Assembly: GCF_016127575.1 (NCBI RefSeq)
Contig: NZ_CP066018.1
Coordinates: forward strand, 120,001 to 152,000
Source: Cupriavidus necator
GTDB lineage: Bacteria > Pseudomonadota > Gammaproteobacteria > Burkholderiales > Burkholderiaceae
DNA: 32,000 nt
Direction of reading: 5' to 3'
Shown piece by piece: positions 1 to 10,342 of this stretch. The position numbers and the translations under genes were made by a program. How positions within the stretch are numbered: the stretch's first letter is position 1; each line of letters opens with the position of its first letter. Below the pieces are notes generated by a model. That model did not search any database and was not told where the DNA came from. It was given only the letters and a program-made list of their open reading frames with translations.

Positions 1-396
1 GGCGCCAACCTGTGCGAGCGGGTCAGCCTGAAGGCCGGCTTGCGGCTGCTGCCGCTGCTGCTGATCGCAGGGCCGGCCAGCGTCGCCTACTGGGCATGGA
101 GCGAGGCCCGCGGCATCGGCGACCTGCGCCCTTATCTGCTGGTTCAGGCATCGGCCATGCTGGTGGTGCCGCTGCTGCTCTGCCTCTATGCGCCGCGCTA
201 CACTGGCGACCGGGATGTGCTGGCCATCACCGGCTGCTATGTGCTGGCCCTGGCTTGCGATGTGCTGGATCACCAGATCGCCGCGCTCACGGGGCTGGTC
301 AGCGGGCACACACTCAAGCACGTGTTCGCGGCGCTGGCCGTCTATGGCGTCTTGCTTCGGCTGAAGCGGCGCCGCATCGTGGAGGAAGGAACATGA
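1..396 (+). CDS. C-terminal part of a polytopic membrane protein, ceramidase-like (alkaline phytoceramidase-type); 5' end lies upstream of the window
   Basis: Frame 1 is open from nt 1 (GANLCERVSLKAG...), so the TTG at 40 in the ORF track is not the true start. Hydrophobic helices plus a C-terminal SGHTLKHVFAA motif, recalled from bacterial ceramidase-like membrane proteins. Stop TGA 394-396 overlaps the next ATG (ATGA). Confidence 0.6.
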   Translation, partial: GANLCERVSLKAGLRLLPLLLIAGPASVAYWAWSEARGIGDLRPYLLVQASAMLVVPLLLCLYAPRYTGDRDVLAITGCYVLALACDVLDHQIAALTGLVSGHTLKHVFAALAVYGVLLRLKRRRIVEEGT

Positions 397-1778
397 CCGT
401 GCCCCAACCTGGTGGCCACGCTCGCGAGCCCAGCGAGCCCTCTGCCCTGGGCGTCGACGTACGGCCGCGCGAAGTGTGGGCATGGGCCATGTACGACTTT
501 GCCAACTCTGGCTACACCACCGTGGTCATCACCGCGCTGTTCAATGCCTACTTCGTCGCCGTGGTGGCCGGCAATGCGTCCTGGGCCACGCTGGCGTGGA
601 CCGCGGCGCTTTCGCTCTCCTATGCGCTGGTGGTGCTAAGCGCGCCGCTGGTCGGTGCCTACGCCGACCTGCGCGCAGCCAAGAAGCCACTGCTTGCGGT
701 GACGACGGCGGGTTGCGTGGTGTTCACCGCCCTGCTCTATTTTGCGCAGCCCGGCACCCTTGGCCTGGCCATCCTGTGCGTGGTCCTGTCCAACTTCTTT
801 TTCGGCAGCGGCGAAAACCTGATCGCAGCCTTCCTGCCGTCGCTTTCCACCACCCGGGCCCTGGGCAGGGTATCGGGCTGGGGCTGGAGCCTTGGCTATA
901 TCGGTGGCCTGGCCACGCTGGGCGCATGCCTGCTCTATGTCAACTGGGCCAGCGCACGCGGCCACGTCGCCAGCCAGTTCGTTCCCGTCACCATGCTGAT
1001 CACGGCGGCCATCTTTGCCCTGGCGAGCCTGCCGACCTTCCTGCTGCTGCGCGACCGCGGCGCGCCACGGATCGCTGCGTCCGCGCCGGCTGGCGAACAG
1101 GCCTGGGCCAGGGTATGGCAACGCCTGGGCCAGCTGCGCCAGTTCAGGGACCTGCGCCGCTTCCTGCTGTGCACCCTGTTCTACCAGGCCGGCATCCAGG
1201 CAGTGATCACGCTGACCGCCATCTACGCCAACCAGGCCATGGGCTTCACCATGCAGCAGACCCTGACCCTGGTGCTGGTGGTCAACCTGACGGCGGCGGC
1301 CGGCGCCTTCCTGTTCGGCCCTGTGCAGGACCGCATCGGCCACGTGCGCGCCATTGCCCTGACGCTGCTGGGCTGGATCCTGACCATCCTGCTGGCGCAC
1401 GCCGCGCGCGAAGCGCCGCTGTTCTGGCTTGCCGCCAACGTGGCCGGCCTGTGCCTGGGCGCCGCCCAGTCCGCGGGACGGGCCATGGTGGGGCTGCTGG
1501 CCCCGCCCTCGCGCGCGGCCGAGTTCTTCGGTCTGTGGGGCCTGGCGGTCAAGCTGGCCTCGATCGCCGGGCCGCTGACCTATGGCATGGCAAGCTGGCT
1601 GACGGGCGGCGATCACCGGCAGGCGCTGCTGGTCACCGGCAGCTACTTCGTGGTCGGGCTGGGCCTGCTGTGCGGGGTCAACACCATGCGGGGCCGGCGG
1701 GCTGCCTTGCGCGCTGAGCGGATGGTCGGGCTGGAGACCGGGTACGGAGCCGCCACTGCCGGCCCCGCTTGCCATTAG
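393..1778 (+). CDS. MFS transporter, UMF1 / Atg22-like family
   Basis: ATG at 393 (MTVPQPGG...). The ORF-track GTG at 12 adds an Arg/Ala/Gly-rich stretch that overlaps the upstream gene in another frame. N-terminal signature WAWAMYDFANSGYTTVVITALFNAYFV and about 12 predicted TM helices. Confidence 0.85.
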   Translation: MTVPQPGGHAREPSEPSALGVDVRPREVWAWAMYDFANSGYTTVVITALFNAYFVAVVAGNASWATLAWTAALSLSYALVVLSAPLVGAYADLRAAKKPLLAVTTAGCVVFTALLYFAQPGTLGLAILCVVLSNFFFGSGENLIAAFLPSLSTTRALGRVSGWGWSLGYIGGLATLGACLLYVNWASARGHVASQFVPVTMLITAAIFALASLPTFLLLRDRGAPRIAASAPAGEQAWARVWQRLGQLRQFRDLRRFLLCTLFYQAGIQAVITLTAIYANQAMGFTMQQTLTLVLVVNLTAAAGAFLFGPVQDRIGHVRAIALTLLGWILTILLAHAAREAPLFWLAANVAGLCLGAAQSAGRAMVGLLAPPSRAAEFFGLWGLAVKLASIAGPLTYGMASWLTGGDHRQALLVTGSYFVVGLGLLCGVNTMRGRRAALRAERMVGLETGYGAATAGPACH

Positions 1779-1867
1779 CAGCACGGACGGCAGACTAAAA
1801 TGAAACTGCCCTTTGGCGATTGGATCGCTCTTTCGGCTTCCGGACGCTGAAGCTCTGGCGACAGCCC

Positions 1868-2896
1868 ATGCCAGCAAACCTCACTCCAGAGTACAAGCAG
1901 GCCGAACAAGCCTATCGGCTGGCACGCCAGCCGCGCGAGCAGCTCGAATGCCTGAAGGAGATGCTCCGTGTCATCCCGAAGCACAAGGGGACGGAGCATC
2001 TGCAGGCCGATATCAAGTCGCGCATCAGGGAGCTCACGCAGGCATCTGCGGGCCACGGGAAGGCCGCTCACAGAGGGCCGGCACATGCGGTGCATGCCGA
2101 AGGCGCGGCCCAGCTCTGTCTGATCGGCCCGCCCGGCGCGGGAAAATCCAGCCTGCACGCAAGGCTGACAGGATCGGGCAGCGAGGTCGGAGCCTCCCCC
2201 CACCCTACGCAGGTGCCGGTCCCCGCCATGTTGCCGTTCGACGACATTGCTTTCCAGCTGGTGGACCTGCCACCTGTATCGGTCGAATTCATGCAACCCG
2301 GGCTCACTGACATATTGCGGGCGACAGACGGCGTACTGTTGGTGGTCGACCTGAGCGCGCCAGACTGTACCGAACAGTTGGCGTTGATTCTGCGGCGCCT
2401 CGCCGAGGCAAAGATCATCCTGTCGGAGCGCTGGCCGGGTCAGGCCGACAGCCCTGGGGCGACGGCGGAACCGGCGGCTGACCCGTTCAGTGTTCACCTC
2501 CCTGCGCTGCTGCTGGCCAACAAGACCGATCTCGCCAACCCGGAAGACGCGGCCGTGCTCGAAGACCTGCTCGGTGTAAGCTTTCCGGCGCTCGCAACCT
2601 CGGCCATCGACGGGCGCGGACTGGCCGAGGTCGGTCCGTTCCTTTTCAGGGCTCTGCGCATCGTGCGTGTCTACACCAAGGCACCCGGGAAACCTGTCGA
2701 CCAGCGTCGGCCTTTTACGATGCGCCGCGGCGACACCGTGCTGGATGTCGCCTTGCAGGTGCACCCCGATCTCGCGCGTACGTTCAAGTTCGCCCGCATC
2801 TGGGGGAGTGGCAAGTTCAGCGGCCAGCAGGTGGGCGCCGATCATCCGGTAGCCGATCGGGACGTGGTGGAACTGCATTCGCAGGCGCATGGATGA
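1868..2896 (+). CDS. DRG-type (Obg-superfamily) GTP-binding protein with C-terminal TGS domain
   Basis: ATG 1868 (MPANLTPEYKQAEQ...). G1 GPPGAGKS at 2126-2149, G3 DLPP, G4 NKTD. N-terminal KHKGTEHLQADIKSRIREL resembles the DRG N-terminal helix. C-terminal VRVYTKAPGKP...FKFARIWG...VVELH is TGS-like. Confidence 0.85.
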   Translation: MPANLTPEYKQAEQAYRLARQPREQLECLKEMLRVIPKHKGTEHLQADIKSRIRELTQASAGHGKAAHRGPAHAVHAEGAAQLCLIGPPGAGKSSLHARLTGSGSEVGASPHPTQVPVPAMLPFDDIAFQLVDLPPVSVEFMQPGLTDILRATDGVLLVVDLSAPDCTEQLALILRRLAEAKIILSERWPGQADSPGATAEPAADPFSVHLPALLLANKTDLANPEDAAVLEDLLGVSFPALATSAIDGRGLAEVGPFLFRALRIVRVYTKAPGKPVDQRRPFTMRRGDTVLDVALQVHPDLARTFKFARIWGSGKFSGQQVGADHPVADRDVVELHSQAHG

Positions 2897-3015
2897 TCAA
2901 AGCCATCGTCGCAGCAGGCGAGCGCCGATGACATAGACTGAAAGACCTGCGGCCGGTTGTTCCCGCATGACTGCCGTGCCGGTTTGCGGGGCAATTTCTT
3001 GCACGGAGGTATGCC

Positions 3016-3303
3016 ATGACTACATACGTCATCCTCAGCCGTCTCGCTCCTGATGCGTTCACGGATCCCAAGGACATGAAGCAGCTCGCCGCCACGGTGG
3101 CCGAGAAAATCAAGTCTGAATGCCCTGCCGTCACCTGGAAGGACAGCTATCTGACACTCGGGCGCTTTGACGTCGTGGACATTGTCGAGACGGACGACCT
3201 GAAGCAGCTCGAGCGGGCGGCGTTGATCATCCGGGGCTATGGACACGCCGCGACCGAGACGCTGCAAGCGACGCCGTGGGACGAGTTCATCGCGGCCCTG
3301 TAG
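3016..3303 (+). CDS. GYD-domain protein (small alpha/beta protein, function unknown)
   Basis: 95 aa. MTTYVILSRLAPDAF...LGRFDVVDIVETDD...IRGYGHA matches the remembered GYD-family pattern. SD GGAGGT lies 5 nt upstream of the ATG. Confidence 0.85.
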   Translation: MTTYVILSRLAPDAFTDPKDMKQLAATVAEKIKSECPAVTWKDSYLTLGRFDVVDIVETDDLKQLERAALIIRGYGHAATETLQATPWDEFIAAL

Positions 3304-3347
3304 CGCAGATCGATGGATCAGGCGGCTCGCGCACAGCCAGATTCAGG

Positions 3348-3375
3348 TTGACCTGATCGTCGGCTGCCCTATACT
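3348..3375 (+). promoter_or_regulatory. sigma70-type promoter candidate
   Basis: TTGACC (3348-3353), 16-nt spacer, TATACT (3370-3375). No CDS follows it. Confidence 0.4.
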
Positions 3376-3381
3376 TAAAGT

Positions 3382-3576
3382 GCTGGCTGAGACACGCTTT
3401 AGTAAAGCGAAGGTAGGCCAGCCAAACGATCATGCTTCCTGGATGATCTGCCAGATGAAGCGTGATCGTGCAGGCCACATATGCCTGCAGGTCCGGACCG
3501 GATCATAAGTTGCTGACCCGGTTCGGATGCACCCAGATTGAAGCGCTGAGCACCTGTGGAAGGTGCTCTTTTTATT
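3382..3576 (+). ncRNA. Candidate ~195-nt structured small RNA (family not recognised)
   Basis: Bounded by the promoter above and an intrinsic terminator. Perfect stems: GCTGGC/GCCAGC (3383/3417) enclosing CGCTTT/AAAGCG; GATCAT/ATGATC (3428/3443); TGCAGGC/GCCTGCA (3469/3483); palindrome GGTCCGGACC. The only in-unit ORFs I found are a 4-codon and a 21-codon one, neither hydrophobic. Confidence 0.35.
3548..3576 (+). terminator. Rho-independent terminator
   Basis: GAGCACC-tgtggaa-GGTGCTC (7-bp perfect stem, 7-nt loop) followed by TTTTTATT. No U-tract on the opposite strand, so it is unidirectional (+). Confidence 0.6.
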
Positions 3577-3698
3577 GGCGGCATACGGGGCGACGTTGAC
3601 CACTCGCCTCGCGCGCCGCCATTGAGCGATTCGGGTAATGCAAAAGTGGACGGATCGGATCAGAGCCGTACCTGATCCGAACTGAAACAAGGAGTCGC

Positions 3699-3992
3699 AT
3701 GCGCGCCCGCTCACGCCCTCCCGACGCCGGCTACCGCTGGCTGTGGCAGCTGTCTGCCGCCGGCTGGGGTCACTGCGGCCTGGCCTATGTCAGCGGCGCG
3801 CTGCTCGCACCGCGCTGGTGGCCTGCAAGAGAGGCCATGCCACTGCGCGACCGGTATTCTTCGCGGCGCACGGCGCTGGTGCTGTACACCTTCGCCTATC
3901 GTGGCGGTGGAGCACCCGCCGGCACCATGCCACCGCGCGATGGCTTTACCTGGCGGCACCAGTGCTGGTCACAAGGGGTTGGGGTGGCCTGA
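3699..3992 (+). CDS. Hypothetical Trp/Arg-rich 97-aa ORF (uncertain)
   Basis: AAGGAG 4-5 nt upstream of ATG 3699. Third-position G+C is fairly high. Stop TGA 3990-3992 overlaps an in-frame ATG (3992) of the downstream gene frame. No recognisable family. Confidence 0.25.
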   Translation: MRARSRPPDAGYRWLWQLSAAGWGHCGLAYVSGALLAPRWWPAREAMPLRDRYSSRRTALVLYTFAYRGGGAPAGTMPPRDGFTWRHQCWSQGVGVA

Positions 3993-4069
3993 TGCCGGAA
4001 ACCCGCCACGCGCTTGCCGGGCGCCCTGTTCTGCGCCACAGTGGTCCCACCGGGCCCAGGCTGGAGACC

Positions 4070-6091
<2,022 letters not shown>

Positions 6092-6170
6092 ATCTGCATA
6101 CCACGCATGGCATGAATCCGCTCATGATGCCTGCTGCTACAGGCGTTATCTGCGAGCGCAGGAATTTCGA

Positions 6171-9100
6171 TCAGGACCGGCCTGATGCGTCCGACTCGAT
6201 ACGCGATGTCGCTGCCAGCCTCTCCAGTGCAGCATCGATGGCACCCAGGGACTCATTCAGACCTGCCGCATGCGCCTCGTCCCTGAGCAGCCGTAATCGG
6301 GCAAAAAGGGGCGGCGTGGTCCCGGCCCCCTGTTCCCGTCCGGCGCATATCAAGGCGCGGCCCCTGCGGATCAGAAAGTCTCCCCACGGAAACGGCTCAT
6401 GCTGCATGTAATCCTGCAGCGCTGCCAGGTAGCGTTCGGCTTCCTGCCACCGGCGCGCCGCCAGTGAAACGTCGATCGCAGCTTCGAGCAGATCGACGTG
6501 GCAATGGCTCACGCAGCCCTGGGCCAGAATGGCCTCGCCCTGGCGCAGGGCGTCGAGCTGCTTGTCCGGATCGCGCGTAGTGCGCGCCAGGAACGCCAGC
6601 ACGGTTGGCCCTGAATACCGCACGCCGCTGGCGTGGCTCAGTTGCAGCGCCTCGTCGAGCACGGACTCCGCCTCCTCCACCTGGCCGAGCGCGCCAATGG
6701 CGAGGCCAAGCCGCGCCAGCACTTCCGCCTCGAAGCGCCGGGCCCCAAGCCGGCGCGTCAGCGCCAGTGCCAGCCGCGCGTGCGCTTCGGCACCCGGCCA
6801 GTCGCCGGCGAGCTGTGCGGTCGACGCCATCACGTCGTAGGCCAGCATCTCGCTGCGCGCATCGCTGATCCGCCGCGCCAGGCGCAGCCCTTCCTCGCAG
6901 CTGGCCTGCGCGGCCGCAAGTTCGTTGCGGAACAGTTCCACCGCGCCCACCATCGGCAGGTTGGCACATTCGATGCGGATGAAGCCGTGCGCCCGCGCCA
7001 GCTCGACGCAGCGGACAAAATGCGCATGCGCGGTCAGCATGCGGCCTTGCTGGTAGTACGCATCACCGAGGCCGCCCAGCGCACGCGCCTCGCCCAGCAC
7101 CGATCCGGCCGCCCTCGCATGGCTGAGGGCGCGCTGGTGGGCGGCGAGGCACTCTTCCATGTCGCCCTTCGGGAAATAGAGATTGCCGCGCAGCGATTCG
7201 ATCTCGGCCAGCCGCTCGGGCTGGCCCAGCGCGGCGGCGGCCTGCTCCGCCTCGCGCAGCGCCGCCAGGGCTTCGTCATAGCGGTCGAGCAGGCGCAAGG
7301 CGGCCGCCGTGCCAAGCCACACCCGGGCCCGCTGTGCCGCATCGCTCGCCAGCAACTGCGCTTGCCGGAACGCCTGCAGCGATTGCGTCGGCAGGCCCAG
7401 GTCAAGTGCCAGCTCGCCGTGCAGGCAGGCAAGCGTGTGCCTGCAGGCGTCGCCGCTATCCAGGCGCTGCGCACGCTCGACCAGGCGCAATGCGCGCTCG
7501 CCGCGGAAGTGCGCCGCCTCATGGCGCGCCGCGGCGGCATAGGCCTCGGGCGCGCCGGGATCGCCTGCGGCATCCAGGTGCTCGGCCGCCAGCGCCGGAT
7601 TCCGGCCTTCGTACCAGGCAGCCGCGCGCCGGTGCAGATTCTGTCGCCGCGACTTGAGCAGCGAGGCGTACACCGCCTCATGGATCAGCGCGTGCATGAA
7701 CAAATAGTCTTCGCCTTCCGGCCGGGCCATGGCCTCCTGCACCAGGCGCTCGCAAGCGTACGCGGGGTCCTCGAGCAAATGCCGCAGCGCGGCCGGGCCA
7801 AAGCGCTGGCCCAGTACGGCAGCGGCCTGCAGCGCCTGGCGGTCGGCGGTAGAGAACCGGTCCATCCGCGCCAGCACAATGCTCTGCAGCGTGCCGGGCA
7901 ACTCGTCCGCACCCGCCTCCGCGCCGCGCAGCAACTGGTCGAGAAACAGCGGATTGCCCTCAGCCCGGCGAATGCAGGTAGCGGCCACTGCAGGATCGAC
8001 CTGGCGATGGCAGGCTGCCAGTTCGTGCGCCTCGGCATCGTCGAGCGGCCCGAGGTCGATGGTGGTCAGCGATGCTCCCTGGCTGGTCGCCCGCCAGGCC
8101 GCATCGAGCGGGTCATGCTCGGGCCGTACGGTCAGCACCAGGATCAGCGCATGGCTGCGGGTTGCCGCGGCCAGCTGCGCCAGGCAATCGAGCACCGTGC
8201 GCTCGGCCCAGTGGACGTCTTCGACCACGATCAACTGCGTGCGCACCACGCTGCGGCGGGTGGCCAGCGTCACCATCAATCGCTGTGCGCCGCGTTGCCG
8301 GCTGGCGGCGTCCATCGCGGCCAGTGCAGCGGCCTGCTCCTGGGACTGGGGCTGCTCGAACATGTCGCGGGCGAACCCAAGCTCATCCTCGCCGAGTTGC
8401 CAGGCCGCGAGCGCTTGCTCGATGGCCGCGCCTGTCGCTACTTCGGCGGCGGCGCCATCCGCGCCCGTGCGAGGCGCGACGCCCAGCAGATTGCGCGCGA
8501 GCATGCGCAACGGATCGCCGCCGCTGCCGGCACCGAAGTCGAGCACCAGCGCCCGGTGTGCCTCCAGGCCATGCTCGCGCGCCAGCGCGACGAAGCGGTC
8601 GGCGAGCCGGCTTTTGCCGATGCCGGCCTCGCCGCGGATCAGCACGACCCGGCCATGGCCGGAACGCAGGCAGCTGTCGGCAACGCCGGCGAGCTGGGCC
8701 AGCTCCGCTTGCCGCCCGACGAACGCGTGCTGCGCCGGCGCCTGTTCCACCCCGAGAAAGCGCCGCACGCGCCAGAGCGGAATCGGTTCGGCCACGCCGG
8801 GGAGCACGGCGTGCGCCACGCAGTCCGCTTCCAGGCGTCCGGGCAGCGCCTGGTAGACCCGATTCGACACCATGGTTGCGCCAGGCTCGGCGCGCTCCAT
8901 CGCCTGCAAGGCCACGCTAACCGGCCCGCCGGTCAGCGTCATGCCGCTTTCGCGGCAGGCGGCCAGCACCTGGCCGCTGGCCAGGCCTACGCGCGCCAGC
9001 AGCCTGGCGTTGGCGGATTCCGCCAGCCGCGCCAGACCGGCATGCAGCGCCCCGGCGGTATGCAGGGCGCGCTCGGCGTCGTTCCCATGCGCCACCGGAA

Positions 9101-10085
9101 CGCCAAACACGATGGTCAGCCGGGTGCCGATTTCATCGGTGATATGGCCGCCGCAGGCGCTGGCCAATGCCCTGGCATGCTGGCGCCAGCGCGCAAGGGC
9201 ATCGTGCAATGGCTCGGGCTCCAGGCCAGCGCTGCTATCGTCCAGGCTGGCTACCAGGACCACTGCGTGGCGCAGTTGCGGCTCGGCAGCCATCACGGCG
9301 CAAGCAGGTGGCACCGCGGCACCGTCGTCACCGGCCGCAGCCATGCCAGCCACCGGCTCGCGGCGGGCCCGCAGCATTGCCTGGTACAGCGCCTCGGTCT
9401 CGGGCTCAGGCGATACCCCGAGTTCGCGTTGCAGTGCCGCCCGGCACAAGCGGTATTGCTTGAGCGCCAGCGCCTGCCGGCCCTGGCGCTCATACAGCCG
9501 GATCAGCGTCCGGTGCACGTCTTCCTGCAACGGATCGAGGGCAAGGAGCCGGGTGGCAGTGGCGATGGCCCGCTCCGTCTCGCCAGCCTGCTCGTGGTGC
9601 GCCAGCAACCTGGCCATGACCGCCAACGCCACGCCGCGCAGACGCTCGCGTTCGATCGCCAGCCAGTGGTCGAACGCCGGCGCGGCGGCATGAAAGCCCT
9701 CCAGCAAGTCACCCCGGTACAGCGCCGCGGCGCGCTCCAGCGACGCGGGCGTGGCTTCCCGGGCACACTGCTCGAACTCGCACACGTCGACCCCGATCTC
9801 GCCTAGCGTCACGCTGTCGCCTTCTGCCAGCACCACGTGCTGGCCAGCTTCTTCCAGTGCGCGCCGCGCCGCGCTGAGTGCCTGGCGCAGGCTGCTGCGC
9901 GCCTGCTCGGTATTGCTTTCGGCCCAGCACAGTGCGGCCAGCTTGTCGCGCGGCTGGGCGCGCCCTTGCGCCAGCGCGAGATAGGCCAGCACGGCGCGCG
10001 CCTTGCGGGCAGAAAGCGAAATCGGCGTTCCGTCTGCAGAACTCAGCTGGAAGCCGCCGAACAGGTCAAGACGGGCACGGGCCAT
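6171..10085 (-). CDS. Large multidomain regulator: OmpR-type winged helix + BTAD (SARP) / class-III-cyclase-like domain / AAA (STAND-type) ATPase / TPR array
   Basis: ATG at 10085 (MARARLDLFGGFQL...). SARP/BTAD in aa 1-250 (YRGDLLEG, LDPLQEDVHRTLIRLY). Cyclase-like domain about aa 270-440 (DNA 8766-9278). Walker A GEAGIGKS at 8610-8633. Walker B-like LIVVEDVHW. TPR-like repeats in the C-terminal ~500 aa. Confidence 0.9.
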   Translation of the reverse strand: MARARLDLFGGFQLSSADGTPISLSARKARAVLAYLALAQGRAQPRDKLAALCWAESNTEQARSSLRQALSAARRALEEAGQHVVLAEGDSVTLGEIGVDVCEFEQCAREATPASLERAAALYRGDLLEGFHAAAPAFDHWLAIERERLRGVALAVMARLLAHHEQAGETERAIATATRLLALDPLQEDVHRTLIRLYERQGRQALALKQYRLCRAALQRELGVSPEPETEALYQAMLRARREPVAGMAAAGDDGAAVPPACAVMAAEPQLRHAVVLVASLDDSSAGLEPEPLHDALARWRQHARALASACGGHITDEIGTRLTIVFGVPVAHGNDAERALHTAGALHAGLARLAESANARLLARVGLASGQVLAACRESGMTLTGGPVSVALQAMERAEPGATMVSNRVYQALPGRLEADCVAHAVLPGVAEPIPLWRVRRFLGVEQAPAQHAFVGRQAELAQLAGVADSCLRSGHGRVVLIRGEAGIGKSRLADRFVALAREHGLEAHRALVLDFGAGSGGDPLRMLARNLLGVAPRTGADGAAAEVATGAAIEQALAAWQLGEDELGFARDMFEQPQSQEQAAALAAMDAASRQRGAQRLMVTLATRRSVVRTQLIVVEDVHWAERTVLDCLAQLAAATRSHALILVLTVRPEHDPLDAAWRATSQGASLTTIDLGPLDDAEAHELAACHRQVDPAVAATCIRRAEGNPLFLDQLLRGAEAGADELPGTLQSIVLARMDRFSTADRQALQAAAVLGQRFGPAALRHLLEDPAYACERLVQEAMARPEGEDYLFMHALIHEAVYASLLKSRRQNLHRRAAAWYEGRNPALAAEHLDAAGDPGAPEAYAAAARHEAAHFRGERALRLVERAQRLDSGDACRHTLACLHGELALDLGLPTQSLQAFRQAQLLASDAAQRARVWLGTAAALRLLDRYDEALAALREAEQAAAALGQPERLAEIESLRGNLYFPKGDMEECLAAHQRALSHARAAGSVLGEARALGGLGDAYYQQGRMLTAHAHFVRCVELARAHGFIRIECANLPMVGAVELFRNELAAAQASCEEGLRLARRISDARSEMLAYDVMASTAQLAGDWPGAEAHARLALALTRRLGARRFEAEVLARLGLAIGALGQVEEAESVLDEALQLSHASGVRYSGPTVLAFLARTTRDPDKQLDALRQGEAILAQGCVSHCHVDLLEAAIDVSLAARRWQEAERYLAALQDYMQHEPFPWGDFLIRRGRALICAGREQGAGTTPPLFARLRLLRDEAHAAGLNESLGAIDAALERLAATSRIESDASGRS

Positions 10086-10190
10086 GATAGGGAAACCGGA
10101 AAACCCATCATTTATAGGCGACGGCACGGGCCAACGCGCGCCTCGCCAGCGCAAAGAGATGAAGCCGGTACTTCCTTGGCCTGCCGCAAT

Positions 10191-10232
10191 TTTCACGCTT
10201 CTTTCACGCTGGATTGCCGGGCCCGTTCACGG
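10191..10232. promoter_or_regulatory. Phased direct repeats, candidate SARP/OmpR-type operator
   Basis: TTTCACGCT at 10191-10199 and again at 10202-10210 (11-bp period), plus a third TTCACGG at 10226-10232. All lie in the divergent intergenic region between the regulator (start 10085) and the TTC38-like gene (start 10343). Confidence 0.35.
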
Positions 10233-10342
10233 CGGCTCCCTAGTATGACGACAACCCCGGGCCGCGTGGCTCCGACATAGCGGACGAACAGGGGCTGCCA
10301 TCGAGGCAAGGGCTGCCTCGGTCACACTGGAAGGATTGCGTC

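Larger units (their letters stand above)
3315..3678. other. Lower-GC segment bounded by imperfect inverted repeats (possible miniature insertion / MITE-like element)
   Basis: GGATCAGG-CGGCTC at 3315-3328 versus its reverse complement GAGCCG-TA-CCTGATCC at 3663-3678 (8+6 nt match with a 2-nt indel). The interior is visibly more AT-rich than the flanks. No target-site duplication seen. Confidence 0.25.

Noticed and set aside
12-392. N-terminal extensions offered by the ORF track: GTG 12 for the MFS gene, TTG 1820 for the GTPase, 3743 for the thioredoxin-domain gene, 10196 for the regulator, 16131 for DUF3300, 16211 for ppk2, 18273 for the RRM-like gene, 19588 for the kinase, 23009 for pntAA, 25386 for paralog B, 25548 for UxaA, 27920 for Ldh2
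   Set aside because: The extensions overlap neighbouring genes or intergenic DNA, are compositionally filler and lack an SD. Internal ATG/GTG codons with good SD sequences coincide with the conserved N-termini of the families.
2990-3005. sigma54-like GGCA...TTGCA upstream of the GYD gene
   Set aside because: The GG-to-GC spacing is one nt short of the -24/-12 consensus, and no enhancer-binding-protein gene is nearby.
8766-9278. The cyclase-homology domain as the signal generator of a cyclic-nucleotide defence system (Pycsar/CBASS-like)
   Set aside because: It is embedded in a DNA-binding regulator. Catalytic residues look degenerate in my by-eye alignment. No cNMP-binding effector, nuclease, TIR or membrane-toxin gene is adjacent, and the neighbours are housekeeping-type.
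6633-9806. 1057-aa plus-strand ORF, plus nested ORFs such as 7729-8856 and 8072-8920
   Set aside because: It is exactly antisense to the regulator gene, whose minus-strand frame contains recognisable SARP, Walker A and TPR motifs. The plus-strand product is Arg/Ala/Gln/Gly-rich filler with no motifs. This is the usual mirror-ORF artefact of high-GC codon bias.
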